DNA of 64,000 nucleotides from Ruditapes philippinarum. Lineage: Eukaryota. The notes under the pieces are model-generated. The model did no database searches. It was not told where the DNA came from and saw nothing but the letters and a program-made list of their open reading frames with translations. The DNA is taken from NCBI RefSeq assembly GCF_026571515.1, contig NW_026865168.1:186001-250000 (forward strand), given 5' to 3'. The translations under genes and the position numbers were made by a program. Within the stretch, counting starts at the first letter, position 1; every line of letters starts with the position of its first letter. Of the stretch, positions 48,823 to 62,515 are shown piece after piece.

Positions 48823-51800
48823 TTAATTTAACATTAAATGTTCAACGTGCTATATAGCTAGTTGATTATTTTATCAACATTATCACCATTCCTTCAAAAA
48901 GTATTTACAATTTAAATTTCTTGTATTAATTTCATAAAGACGATAAAACAGTCTTTTAACACGTATTTTATTTCAAACTTTACAACTATGTTGAAATTTT
49001 ATTTTCAGCAAATAAAAAATAAAGCGTTACATTTATTATAAACTGAATATTAAAAACAAACTCCAAATTTTACACTAAAAATTACATGATTAAATCATTA
49101 ATTTTACTAGCTAATTGATTAAGTTCGTTAATTAATCCTAAAAGCAATGTTAATGTTTATCATAGACACGTGATGTATTTTGAGACAAAATGAATGACGT
49201 CGTTCGAGCGAAGAATTTATCTTTTGTTATCTGTCAGTAACTCTTTTGTTTCAAAACGTATAATTATAGTCTTAAACTAATAGATTAGTGAAAGCGTGTC
49301 GAATTTCTGCTGAATTGTTCTATATAGATAAATGTGTACATTGTATATTATTGTGGCGTGTGCATTTATATGGGCAATTATGTATATATATATATAATAT
49401 ATATATAATCATAGAACCCGGCCCAATGGCCTGAAAGTCACCAATTTAATGATTTCATAATGCATCGTATAACACATAGAATGTGGTGTTAATGGTATAA
49501 ACAACTATCAAGTGAGGTGGTTCTAATTAATGCGAAAAACAATGTCTATAAAAGGCTACAAATGTTTAACGCTCTACAAAGCTTGATAACTATACTATAT
49601 ATTTAACTTTGGTAGCATAATCGCAACAATAATATTATTATCATAAAAATGCACTTTTAACAAATAAAACCGTATTTCAGATCAAATTAATTAAATTTTA
49701 AATATGATTTATTTATATAATAGATAAATACAGAAACCCCAAGAAAGCCCAACAGACAAAAAATTAAAATTTGCAGGCTCGGTTTATTACCCGTTTAGGA
49801 CGGGACTGGAAATGCAAGTTACCGTCCACCCCTAGCACCGCTTAAGCAGAAATTTAAAAATTTTAAAAAGAAAGTAAAATTTTTAATTTAAAACATGTCA
49901 CAAAAGTTCGTCCCAGGAACCTTATTGATAAAATACCCCTAGTATTTTTCGGGAAAAAAAAATGTAAAATTTCACCAGCAACAAAAATATAAAAGCGCCC
50001 CACTACCCCCTCCACTCTTCCCCGTTGGGGGTGATGGGTAGCTAAAATAAAAGGGAATTTACACATATCCTCAAATCTTTTTTTTATTTCAATAACAGGG
50101 CAATGATGACCCTAAATCACACACCATTGTTGGGAAAAGGTCACAATTCTTTATAAACTTAGGTAATTGGGTGTATCAGTTTTGTCATAACATATATAAT
50201 TTGTGAAATATTGTAATGATGCTTTAAAACAACAGCCTAATATCCAGTTCCTCAGAATTGTTTCTCATAAGAGGACTTAAACAATTATTAATATTCATAT
50301 ATGAGTCCATATAAACTTAGTGATCCCTGGTGCACCATCTTGCGTACTATAAGGTTATGATGATATATAATTAATTCGGTTACTGTAGTTTTAGAGAATA
50401 CAAATGTATTACATAAGTCTGTGTAAAATAAATGATACCCATTTCATAGCCATTTTAATTGCAGGACATCATACAATTTTATGCATTTAGTTTAACACTA
50501 AAAGTTCTCTTATTGTATTTTTTCTACACAAGTATATATAAACCCGGGTGGCTAAATAAGCAAGATTCATTCAATATGTTAAAGACACAAGATGATGGTA
50601 CATGCTTAGTATCTATGCTCTATGCTCTGTGCATTCTGCTTAATGAGAAGACTTTTTAAACATTTTTGCTATGTACACTAAGTGATGAGACTTTAAAGAG
50701 GTCTTCTCTACTTGACAATGTTATACCGGTATGTTGAATATCTAAGTTATATGCATTGAAGGTATCCAAAAGAGGCCTATATAAGTCTTGCAAAACTAAG
50801 TGCCGCTCATGGCAGGCCCCTTATTCATGCTCTTGCAGTCTAAAATTGTTTTCCCTGGAATGTTTCTAATGTTTGCATAGACTTAAAACTGTATTGAAAA
50901 TCTTCTCCAAAACTAAATTTCCAAGAGCCGAAAAATTATCATGAAAAATCACTCTTTGATACTCAATAAAAATAATGAATTATTGGCATAGGACCAAATC
51001 ACTTAATTTATATGGACTCATACAGAAATATAACTATATGAGTCTTCTTGTGCGAAATAGTTCCTATGAGTACCTAGATATTGGGCATGTTTCCTTTGAA
51101 GCGAACCTTCACAAATTGTTCATAAATCATAGCAGTATGTGTTGAAAAAAAAAGTGTTACTCCTAACATGATCTTATCTTACTTCTGTATTAAAGAGTTA
51201 TTGCAATTTTCCATCCTGCAGTGGATCTTAGGTGAGTGGTCAATGATTGTTTAATGGGAACATGAAATTTGAATAATCTTTGACAGTTAGTTAATATTTC
51301 AAATCATCAGCAAATATATATATGGGTCAAGCGATACTATTGATATACTTGTTTCACTACACATAGATGATGTGTTGTATCAGTCGCCTTAATTTTACTG
51401 TGTGTATCTTTTGAAAATACCATGTCTAGATATGTTATTCTATAAATAGTGCTAATTCAATCATCCTAAATTACAATGACATGAAAGTAGATACATTGTT
51501 TAACTTTGAATCGTACTGTATTAAGCCTTCAGTAAGATTATGATATCTAATACAGAATTCATTGTTTCTCATTGTGTTGGTTTTAAAGCGATTTTTATCT
51601 TTTCATAAAGAAATTGTGAAGGAATTAATTGTATTCGTAAATAAGACAATATTTAACGCATGTTTTGTTAATGTATATTCTGTCTACTATCGTTAAAATT
51701 AACTGATAATATTAAGAATACTGAAACAAGTTATACCTTGCAAACAAATTTTACAACTGACTGTATACACATGAATGTATGTGCATTTTAGCACACCCTC

Positions 51801-52702
51801 TAGACCTGAATGAAGACCAAAATTCCTTACAAAAACAAAAGTTTTTAACAGTGAATATTGTCCTAAGAATTCATAGAAAGTTTAACAAAAATCAAAGAAA
51901 TAAAATTAACTTACAAACTTTGTTGTTTTTGTTTTACAATTATCAGATAAATTTTCCTCACCCACTTTGACAAAATATAAAACCTACAGACTTTATGTTT
52001 ACAATAAACGCACAGTGTTAATTAAATATCAAATGCACTATAAGAAACTAAGTAACTTTTTGAATTTTGTATAAAGACCTATTGGAATGCCATATTAGAG
52101 AAATATGCAAATATTGGCACTTTTTCTTTATTATTTTTAAAGATGCTTTTTGGATAAATAACTTAAAAAGCTTGACTTACATTGTGATTTACATATAATT
52201 TGATTATTTTTGATATGTTTATACACTTTTTATCGAAATATGCATAATTTGTGATCCAAATTATATGACAAAAGTGATATATCAGTTTTGCATAAAATCG
52301 GCGGCCATATAAAATCTACGTTAAAGTTATGGGCCTTTGACAATGAGCTTCTATTATGCTCATAAATAAGTCCGTTTTCCCTTTTGTTAGTTTTGAAGAT
52401 ACCAATTTCAAAAAACTTAAACAGCGTGTGACGCCGGGGTGAGTACAAAAATTTTCCATATTTTTCAGATAGTAGAGCTAAAAATACGAAAGTAGGAACT
52501 GATGCTAGGACATTACATTAAATGCCAGAATTATAAATTAAAGTAAAATCTTTGTAACGGGCAAAATTATTTATTCGCTGTAAGAAACGCGCATATTTCA
52601 AGAAACAAAATCAAAGTAATATTTTTAACTATTTGTACATTCGCCACGCTTGTTGTTAATGTAAAACACAATGTCCGGGTTTTTTTATATTTGTAATAAC
52701 TG

Positions 52703-55700
52703 TTACATTATGAACATTTTAGCATATAAAATTATTGTCAGATACAACAGTATAAAGTATATATTAGGAAATAGTAGTCCACTTCCAGAACACCTGTTGT
52801 TTGTTGTTTGTCTATAGGATGTGTACCTAAACGATAAAAATATATGAAGTCAGTTAGCTTTATAAATATATTCCACAGTTTCGTGTATTTTCCAAGAGTG
52901 TTCAGGTAAATGACAAATTTTGATTTTCAAAATACAAAAGAATATTTTAAACATATACTAGTACGTGTGACTTTATTTCTGCCTTTTCTTATCTATGAAC
53001 ATACATCAATACATCACTTGATTTGACCTCGTTGTTACAAAAGTTATCTCCGAGCTCGGTCTAAAATTTCAGAATTTTCATTGGTCAGTGAAAATTCTCT
53101 GTGGCTTTTTGACTAATCAAGTACTTGAGTTTTGAGTTTGAGTTAGAAAATTTCTTTAAAACCTTGGACACTGGTCATTGCATTATATTTATTAATTTTT
53201 AATGGATGAACATTGGAGAAGCGGGTAAGAATTATGACTTATTTCATAGTGTACAACAGAATCTGCTTACATGATATAAATAATGGCGGAGTCAAATCAG
53301 AGCACTGAGGTCGAACGCACAAATAATTATACTTCAAAATTATCCGCTAGCAGTGATACTCGTTCTAGTGACATTAAATATCATAAACGTACCATGTTTC
53401 TGTTTGATTATCGTCACACTTGTGAAAGACTGTATTTAAAAATTTGTCCCAGTGTTCTTCAGACTTCCCTGAACACGCTGCAGTTATCAAAGTGTCTAAT
53501 GTCCCTTTAAGGGTCAACCATTCCCTGTGAATTAAATAGCATGCATATTAATTATTTTTTCTTTCTTTCTTTCTTTTTTTCTGTTTGTTTATTTGTTTTT
53601 TTTTTTATTGTTGTTTATTTTGTTACAGTTACAATCCACGCAAATTACAAAAAGGTCTATTTCAAAATACATGTAGTCCTAACTGCGTTAGTCACGCTGT
53701 AGAAATATGGAGAAAAAATACTGCAAAAACAGTCAATAATCGCACGTAACATGTAAATTATTACTTGAATCTTTTTATTCTCCTGAAAACCTTAGTACAT
53801 TTTCTCAAGTTTGATTTTGTTGAAATAGCCTGCTCATCTAGAGGCATGCAGCTTTAATATATATAACATTATTAACATATCTATTTACATGTATATATAC
53901 GCGTATAGCAATGTGATATATTATACAATACAATAACTTTATAGCATCAAACATATTACAATGCTTATATAGCACATACAACTATATAAAGTGGCAAATG
54001 AAATCACATCCAAAAAGAGAAAGAAGCATACAAAATCGTTCAACAATTACAATTTTGTGTCAGATATTTTTTTTCTTCAATTACTACACATGAAGTAATT
54101 GAAGGTAAGAAAATTATAAGATTTGTTGCTTTTTTTTTTAGAAAAAGAGATTTTTATTCTTATATCGGACAAATTTGATACAATATGGCTGACTAAAATT
54201 ATCAGGTTGTATTTTCGGATGACATCAAACTGTTTTAAGTTTAAAGGTACATTATGCCTATGAAATAAATATTTTTGTTCTCCTGTATAAACATTTAATT
54301 CATAATGTTGTAACAATAGATTTAGAACATGTGAGACGCTAAACAGCTGATGAAAATAACGTTGAATGTGTAAAGTAAGATAGGCTCACCGCATTGTCGC
54401 AAAAAGTAAAAGTAACCCATACAAAATACTAAAATACCATAAGTGTACTAATTTCCGAAATGCAAAAGAAGCAAAGGAAGGATAGGGATAATTGCCAATG
54501 AGTAACTTTTTAACAACTGTATTACGACATCGAAAATGAGATACTTTTGAAAAGTAAAAACAACAGCGTTTTTCGGGCTTTATTTGCGTCGACTACAGCG
54601 GATGTCCTAAATTTGATTTATTCAAAATAATGACATCACAGTGGGATACGTGACAAAAACGATCTTCATTAGAAAACACAAAAACTGTTGCAAGAGAACA
54701 AGTTAGATACAATGACAACTTACGAGCAGATTACTGTTGTATTCTCAGTGCTAGCCGCATAGGATTTTTCAAGTGAAGTCTGGAACGTTCTTATTGCGGT
54801 CCAGACGTCCTGGTCCGAAACCGTACTACCACAAGTTAAAGCGTCCGTGACCTCTGTAAAATATTCATACACATACAAAATTATTACAATAATTAATAAA
54901 CAGACAAGTTTATCTTTTGTCCATAAACAAATATTCTTTCATCGAAAAAAAGTTCTAATACAAAGATCATAAATAGCTCACGTAGCAAATACAACTATCA
55001 AAATAGCTCGCAGTTTAGACGTTCGTAGCTAATACAACTATCAAAATAGTTCGCAGATTAAACGTTTGTAGCTAATACAACGATCAAAAAACGATACAAC
55101 GATCAAAAATAGCTCGAAGATTAGACGTCCGTAGCTATAAAGCAACTGTACTTGGTTTGTACTTGCAAACGCGACGAAGCCTAAGTTGCCGCCTCCAACA
55201 TTTACTATAGTACCCTTCAGCCAGATATCCCGGCATGCACCGGCAGTTGGTGTAAGATTGTTGTAGCATTTTACATGTTTTATCATATAATGCTTAACTA
55301 GAATCTAGTATATGTTAGTTATAAACAATTTTTTAAAGGTTATATGGCTCTATATAAGCGGTTGTTTGTATATACATGTATAACCAGAGCCGCTATGTAT
55401 AAGGTCATATAACTTGTCAAGAATCTTTAAAACGAATTTATATAACTATGATAATACAGCAAAAATTAATTCATTTGAGCTGGGACAAAAACATATAGCA
55501 TATTTTTATTCCAGATTTGAGATAAAAAGGAAAAAAATGACAACAGTCGTGTATATAGGTTATATAAGCGTCACGGTTATCCAATGAAAAGCGACGTTAC
55601 AAACGTTCAGTATTATAAACTTAGAATATTATAATAAATTATTGTAAATAAAATAATAAGAATCTACCAGACTCGATCTGGTCACACAGTCCTAGATACG

Positions 55701-57610
55701 CGGCCGTCAATGCGTCACCGTTACCAATGTGAATAGTGTGATCATGTGACATACATGGTTCCGCTACAAGTTCCATACAATACGTTAGGCACGTAGTGTT
55801 ACTGAAAATATTTGAGAAATAAAAATATTGACGTACATGTAAATATAAAAATAGAGAAAAACTGAATCCTGAGAGAACGCCCAAAACGAGAAACCTGAAA
55901 ATGTTGCAGGCTTGGTTTGATTGAGCCTTCTCCTGGATGGCACGGGAAATTGTAAGTTACCGCCCACGCCCCCTAGCACCAGTTTAATCAGAATTCAACA
56001 TTTAAGATTGAAAACGGTGCAATTTTAAATTTATAAACATCCGCTTACAAGTAAAAAAGAAAAGACATAACATTTAATCAACGATTGCTGTTTCTTTGTT
56101 GTTGTTGTTGTTGCTTTTTGTTATTGTTGTTGTTTTTTGTTTTGTTGTCTTTTTGTTTTTGCTTCAAAGCTAATTAGAACATATTTGTTTTAGCACAACT
56201 GTGATGGAGGCTTAAGTCACTCTCGAGTTCACTTCTTCTTTTGGACTAACTATGGTACCTTATAAGGCCAGCAGAGCTCGAATCATGATCCTTAAATAGA
56301 ATAGAATACAAGAAGGTGCTTCGTGGTGCTGTATAACCTACCCGCACATACTGAAACTTAACAAAAAATATAAAGCATAGTTTCCAATGTAAAACGCGCA
56401 GCAGGTGTTAGGGGTGTTGATTGGTCACTACACACCCTCCCTCGCCCCTTACCCACTCTACAACCTTCAACCACTCCCAAACCGTGTAAACATCAATATT
56501 TTTCATTTGAAATACTTTTTAACATTTGATATATGCTGTAATTCAATTTCCAACATTTCCCACAAAAAAGGAAAGAAAACCAACAACAACAACAACAACA
56601 ACAAAAACGATACATATTATTTTAGTATCATATTATGCATAAGAATCTTTTTGTTATTATTATTATTATTATTATTATGCCTATTATTATCATTTTTATT
56701 AGTAAAATAACGCACACTTACAAACAAAGATTCCTGTAGTCTGTAGCGTTGACAATTGGGAACATGTAGTCCGCTAACAATCGATTGTACCTTAAACATC
56801 GGTCAAGGTCATCTTTCACAGACTCTGGTGTACATGCACTCTTTGCGCATGTGCAAAGACAAAGAACTGAAAATAGATTCAAATGATATATGAACATATG
56901 ATTATTAAACACAGTGTCAAGTGTCCAATATATGAAATACAAAATATTCTTGAGGAGTTCCACTAGCTGAGGTTAAAAAGCATAAACAGATAAAATAAGA
57001 AAAATTTCTATAGATCAAAGGAACCATTTTTAATGGAAAATTCTGCAAAAAAGTCATAAGGAAAAATACCCAGAATTAAATTGAATATCGATTTTTTGTG
57101 CGATTCTTAGTCTGTCTTGAGCAAAAACTGTTGCAACGCTTTTCATATATTGTGGTCGATTTGCACAATTAAATCATTATCCTGGGGGGGGGGGGGGGGG
57201 CATGGCGAGAGAATGAGCTGAAAATTGCTGGTGTACTGATATAGTTTCCAAAGTGATACTTATTGGCCAACAACCTGAATCATCTTTTCTATCTGTTGCA
57301 CTTTTTGGCAATCATAGTACAGATATAATGATTTAGTATTTTGTATGGAAGTCAGAATACTATACTTTGTTAACATTCTGCTACTTTTATAACAAATATA
57401 TTCACATTTATCTCAACTCTCTTCGGGTCATAAGCATCTAACATACAAGTACTTAAAACCATTATTAAAACGTTACGTTTGCTGTTTAAAAAATGTTTAA
57501 AAATGTATTTGTTCATGAGGCATAATGTGCCTTTAATAAAAAAGAAGAATCAGAAACGGTTGAAAAGATAACATACCTGTATATACCGTGCATAATAGAG
57601 TGTTTGACAT
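52703..57610 (-). CDS. Cys-rich, probably GPI-anchored surface protein, paralog B (232 aa, 6 exons)
   Basis: Exons 57610-57577, 56866-56722, 55801-55668, 54853-54724, 53524-53393, 52826-52703 (699 nt); internal exon sizes identical to paralog A; ends RCSGSGLLFPNIYFILLYLTIILYAKMFIM*. Confidence 0.85.
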
Positions 57611-58004
57611 CGGTGTTTTGATTCCTAGGTTGTTGTTGTTCTTGCTGCTGCTGCTGCTGCTGCTGCTATTGTTGTTTTTGTTGTTTTTGTTTATTTGAAC
57701 ATTAAATGTTCAACGTGCTTGTTAATTATTTTCTCAACTTAAACACCATTTCTTCAAGAAGAATCTTTATACACTTTTACAATTTAAATTCCTTGTATTC
57801 ATTCTCCAAATTTTACACTAAATTTTACGTGATTACTTCATTTATTTCGTTATTTATTTTGAGACAAAATGAATGGCGTCGTCGGAGCGAATAATTTATC
57901 TTTTGTTTTCTGTCAGTTATTCTTTTGTTTAAGAACGTGTAATTATAGTCTTAATAAATAGAATAGTGAAAACATGTCGAATTTAAGATGAATTGTTCGA
58001 AGGA

Positions 58005-58210
58005 AAGTAAGGTAAGGTAAGGTAAGGTAAGGTAAGGTAAGGTAAGGTAAGGTAAGTTAAGGTAAGGCAAGGTAAGGTAATTTAAGGCAAGGTAAGGTAA
58101 GGTAAGGTAAGGTAAGGTAAGGCAAATCAAAGCAAAGTGAAGTGAAGTAAAATAAAAATAAAGTAATTTAAGTAAAGTAAAGTAAAAGTAAGTGTAAAGT
58201 AAAGTAAGTA
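58005..58210. repeat. (GTAAG)n pentanucleotide microsatellite
   Basis: Read directly; source of the spurious LTLPY ORF. Confidence 0.95.
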
Positions 58211-59914
58211 AGTAAATTGTTATAGTGACATGTACATATGCAATCATATACATGTACAATTATAGCAACCGACCCAAATGGGCCTATAAGTCACAAATTT
58301 AATGTTTTCATGATGCATCACATAAAAACATAGGATGAAGTATTCATGGTATAAACAAATATAAAGTGAGGTGGTTCTAATTAATGCGAAAACAATATTA
58401 ACCAAAGGGTACAAACGTTCAAAACGCTAGAGTTTGATAAAGATACTATCTGTTAATTTAACATTGGTAGCATTATGACAAAAATAATGTTATTCTATTA
58501 AAAACACACCTTAAATAATTTTAATAGTGCTTGAGATCAAATAATTAAAATATGATTTATTCATACAGTCGGACAAACGTTCGTCAACACATGCGCAGCG
58601 AATCGTTGCATGTGATCAAATATACCCGCTATTTTGGCGCCAAAACAAAACCACTATATTAGATAGGCAGTTTAAAAATAAACACGTGCCACACGTCTCC
58701 TGGCATCTTTATACATATCCTCAATCTTCTGTGTTTGCTGTGGGTTTTTTATAATTATAATTGTTGATATTTTATGTTTTGAGTTTTGATATAATTTTCA
58801 ACAACATTTTTTTATTCCTTTCGATTGAGGGAATGATTTGCTTATTGTTACGCTTTTTTTAGACCTTCCAGAAAAGTCCTGCCGTGTGTAACAATTTAGT
58901 GGTAAAATTTCCAATGAATTCTCCGGTCAGTGCAAGAATGTAAAATTCTTTGTAAGACTTTATCGTCTGCGTTCCGTGGAAGCCCGGTGGACGTAACTTG
59001 TTAATCATTACTCTTAAAGATTTGTACAATCTGTCATTTCAGTGCCCTGCTATTTTGTTGTAATGATGTTCGACTCATATATGGCTCAGAGTTCCTGAAT
59101 ATCTCGAACTTTTATGTTTGAGTTGACCAAACATTCAAACTTCATAAGGTCCTCTTCAAGGGTGGGTCAATGAAGTCATTGTAAGCTGGTAAAGGCGTCT
59201 TTCTAGCTGCAAGTTACCCTGTCGTATCACCTACAAACAATGTTTTTGAAATATATTTGATTGTTCTTAAGCAGTGTTGTGAACAAGGCGAGGCCTATGA
59301 CAAACATACGTTTTATCTAACAAAGCTTTTCATGTTCCTTTAAGCAAGTTTCAAGTTTTTATTGACACCACAGACTTAAAATGTCAATTAAAGTCCATTC
59401 TCATCTTGATCCCTTAAGGGCAAACTGAGCATGTGAGAAAACATATGAGAAAACAACAATATATATAACAAAACATTACAGAACATAGTAAATCAAGTGA
59501 CGTGTAGTAAAATGAAACCATGGCAATGATGTGAATATATGTTGAAACTTATAATAAAAATGAAATATAAAAAGGGAAAAAAGATAATAAAGATAATAGT
59601 GAGTTTGAAAGCGTACTGTATTTGTTTCTTCATAAACTTCTTTTTTTTCTGAAGAAAACTAGATCTAATTGTCGAAAGAATAAATTAGAAAAAAAAAACG
59701 TTTGTTTTTTATTGAACAGATTATTTAATATATATCCTACAAAATAATATCTTATCTACCTTCCCATCTCAATATTTTTAGCGTTTTTTATTAAATACAA
59801 GCCTAAAGAGACAAAGAGTACAAAGTAAAAGTAATTATACATGTATAGTATTGTTGTTGCACGGTATACAAACCGGTACGGTGATTGTACGGCATTGTAC
59901 GGTCAATGGACGGA

Positions 59915-59960
59915 AGACAAGTCGCGCATGCGTCATACCGAAACAGGAAGTATTTTTGAG
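59915..59960 (+). promoter_or_regulatory. Candidate promoter with NRF1-like and ETS-like motifs
   Basis: CGCGCATGCG and ACAGGAAGT in a CpG-containing patch ~140 bp upstream of the ATG at 60088. Confidence 0.45.
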
Positions 59961-60087
59961 TCAGAAAATAGACGATATTTAATTGGAGAAAATATCAATT
60001 TATTTTAAAATAGTAACTTCAGTTGTAAATATTTAGGTAGGCTGGTGCAACACAAAGATTATTACGTTATTTTTGTGACCAATCAAA

Positions 60088-62515
60088 ATGGAAATATGGT
60101 TGAAAGTCAACTTTATAACAACTTTATTGGCTGTGTTTACATCTAAATGGACAGGTAAACATATTTCTAAATTGAAAATTCGTGACTATTTCAAATGACA
60201 CACCCTTTTAAACAAAGTCTTCGTCAAGTAATTAAATTTTGTTTCGTGATGATCATTCAATAGGCATGGATATTTATGTACAGATTTACACAAAGAACAT
60301 ATGAAACGCAGCATGAACAATGAATTATTAAAATGAATTTATAAAAAGGTTATATAATTTTTTAGTGCAGCCCTCGAATATTTACCAGGGAATTTGATAA
60401 AGCCAATATCTAAATACCGGAAACTGTCCAATCTAACTTTTTTTTGAATGTTTGATTCATATTTAAGGAATTAAACAAACAAACAAAATTAAGTCACTTA
60501 ATTGCATAAACATGTATTATTTTACAAAGAGTTGATCAACACACTTTACACATCAAGACACTTCCCCCACCCCCTCAAAAATAAAAAAATAAATCAATAA
60601 GACTATTCATCCCACAATTTTTTTAAGACATTTAACTCAACACTTAAAATGAAAATGATCAAAGCTGATAGAAGGATGAGGAAGACAAGTAAAAAAAAAA
60701 GATCATTTATTTTGTTTACATTTTTCGATGTCAAAATGGCATTCGATATTTTATGCACTGCTTATTTTAGTTGATGGGAACCATAATAGTACAGAATAAT
60801 GTTTTCATTTTCAATCAGAACACTGCAACTATTATTGCTAACTTGTTACGAATCCGGGTCAGCTTGGCCCTAAAACGTACTCGGACCCGAGTCAGCTCGG
60901 CCCTATTCCAACTCAGCACGGGTCAACTCGGCCCACATTTCAATAATCAATATTTAGGTTTGTGTTAACACTATTTATTGTAATTATTGTAATTATTTAT
61001 AATACACGGACTGACAGTTTCAAACTAGCAGCAGACAAGCTTTTCTTATCAGTAGAATTGCGAGTAAAGATAAACGATTGCGTATCTCACTGTATTTCTA
61101 CATATTTAACTTCTGTTCTGTTCTTTATTACTTTAACTAGATAATGCACAGACAAGGTCTTTCTATTTGATAGAAGAAAAAAACGTATGACATGTGCAAA
61201 TGAATTTCGGCAGCAATCAATGCGCTTATACGGAAGATTTAATTAGAAGCTTATGATATTAAGTAAACACGTTTTTGTTTCATATTTTTTTAAATATTAC
61301 TTTACAAACACATTTTATTAGAAACTAGATCTATATTGATTTTATCGAATCTGCAAGACAGATAAATAACATTTTTTTCTAAATATACTTTATTTCAGAA
61401 GAAGTACAATGTATAATTATATAATAATAAGATATTTCTTATTATTCATTTACCTTAACAACATGCAAAGCAAAGTTAAAACGTTATATATATTTTGTAA
61501 AGTGGGCCGAGTTGACTCTTTTCCACTTGTTACTAATAAATTACATGCCGTTTATTATTGCGTTACGGTGCCCAACCATGAACTGACACTGACAAAATCA
61601 CTGATGGGATTAGAGATCTATATAAATTTACATGTATATATTAATTTTTTAAAATAATTTCCTTTTTAATATACACATGTAGCCTATAGCCTAAGCCGAG
61701 CATGTGTGGCTTTCAACATATGAACAGTAAACTATTAGGGTAGTACACTACATGTCAAATAAAGAACGAAGGAAGTGTGAAAAGGATTAAACTATCATAT
61801 ATTTTAATTTATATTTATTTATTCCAATCTCATCCATATGATATACATGTATACCAGTACAATAATAATGTACAACATGATATAAAAATGCATGTATTTA
61901 GCCATTCTATGTAAGAATTATAAAAGAATTATAAAAGAAATTAAACATCTAAAATGTAATAGCAAAAATAAAAAAAAGTATTAAGATTAAACATTACCAG
62001 TGTTCAACAAGAATAAACAACAGCTATTAAAATATTAAGATGTCATAGTGGTAGCCTTTCTTTAGAAAATAAAAACAAAATTTTTGTTTTATGATAAAAT
62101 AAAAAAAATTATATTAATACAATCAATATTTTAATCACCATCAGTACGTCTAACATATGTCACATTCAATTATATATGTAAAACACAAAATCTAAAATAG
62201 GGGGTGAAGTGTCTCAATCAGATTTCATAAATTACAAGGTGTAAAAAGAGGGGTGAAGTGTGACTTTTGGCAAAAAATGGCTTTGGGTGAAGTGTCTGAG
62301 GGGTACATCTACATATATAAGAAATAAAAGCATATTTGTGATTAAAATAAAAGTCATACCTCCTCAGTTATATATGAAATTTAATGTTGTTGTTTAATAA
62401 GACCGTCAGTTAATTAAATTAAAAAAAAATCATTGTGTCAAAATGATTTAGACTTCAACATTTGGGTCTATTTAAAGACTTTGTACGTATTGTTTTACTG
62501 CAGTTGTGGGTACAG
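60088..62515 (+). CDS. Probable first coding exons of a further secreted or membrane protein gene (partial)
   Basis: 60088-60154 encodes MEIWLKVNFITTLLAVFTSKWT then a phase-1 donor G|GTAAAC; candidate 12-nt microexon 62504-62515 (TTTTACTGCAG|TTGTGGGTACAG|GTAAC). The remainder was not resolved. Confidence 0.45.
60850..61516. mobile_element. Degraded foldback/MITE remnant with TCAACTCGGCCC subterminal motifs
   Basis: Repeated GTCA(A/G)CTCGGCCC at 60856-60935 and the inverted GTGGGCCGAGTTGAC at 61502-61516. Confidence 0.5.

Noticed and set aside
58700-59235. Minus-strand exon-like, moderately GC-rich stretch
   Set aside because: An acceptor-like site exists near 59232, but I found no sustained open frame or recognisable motif.
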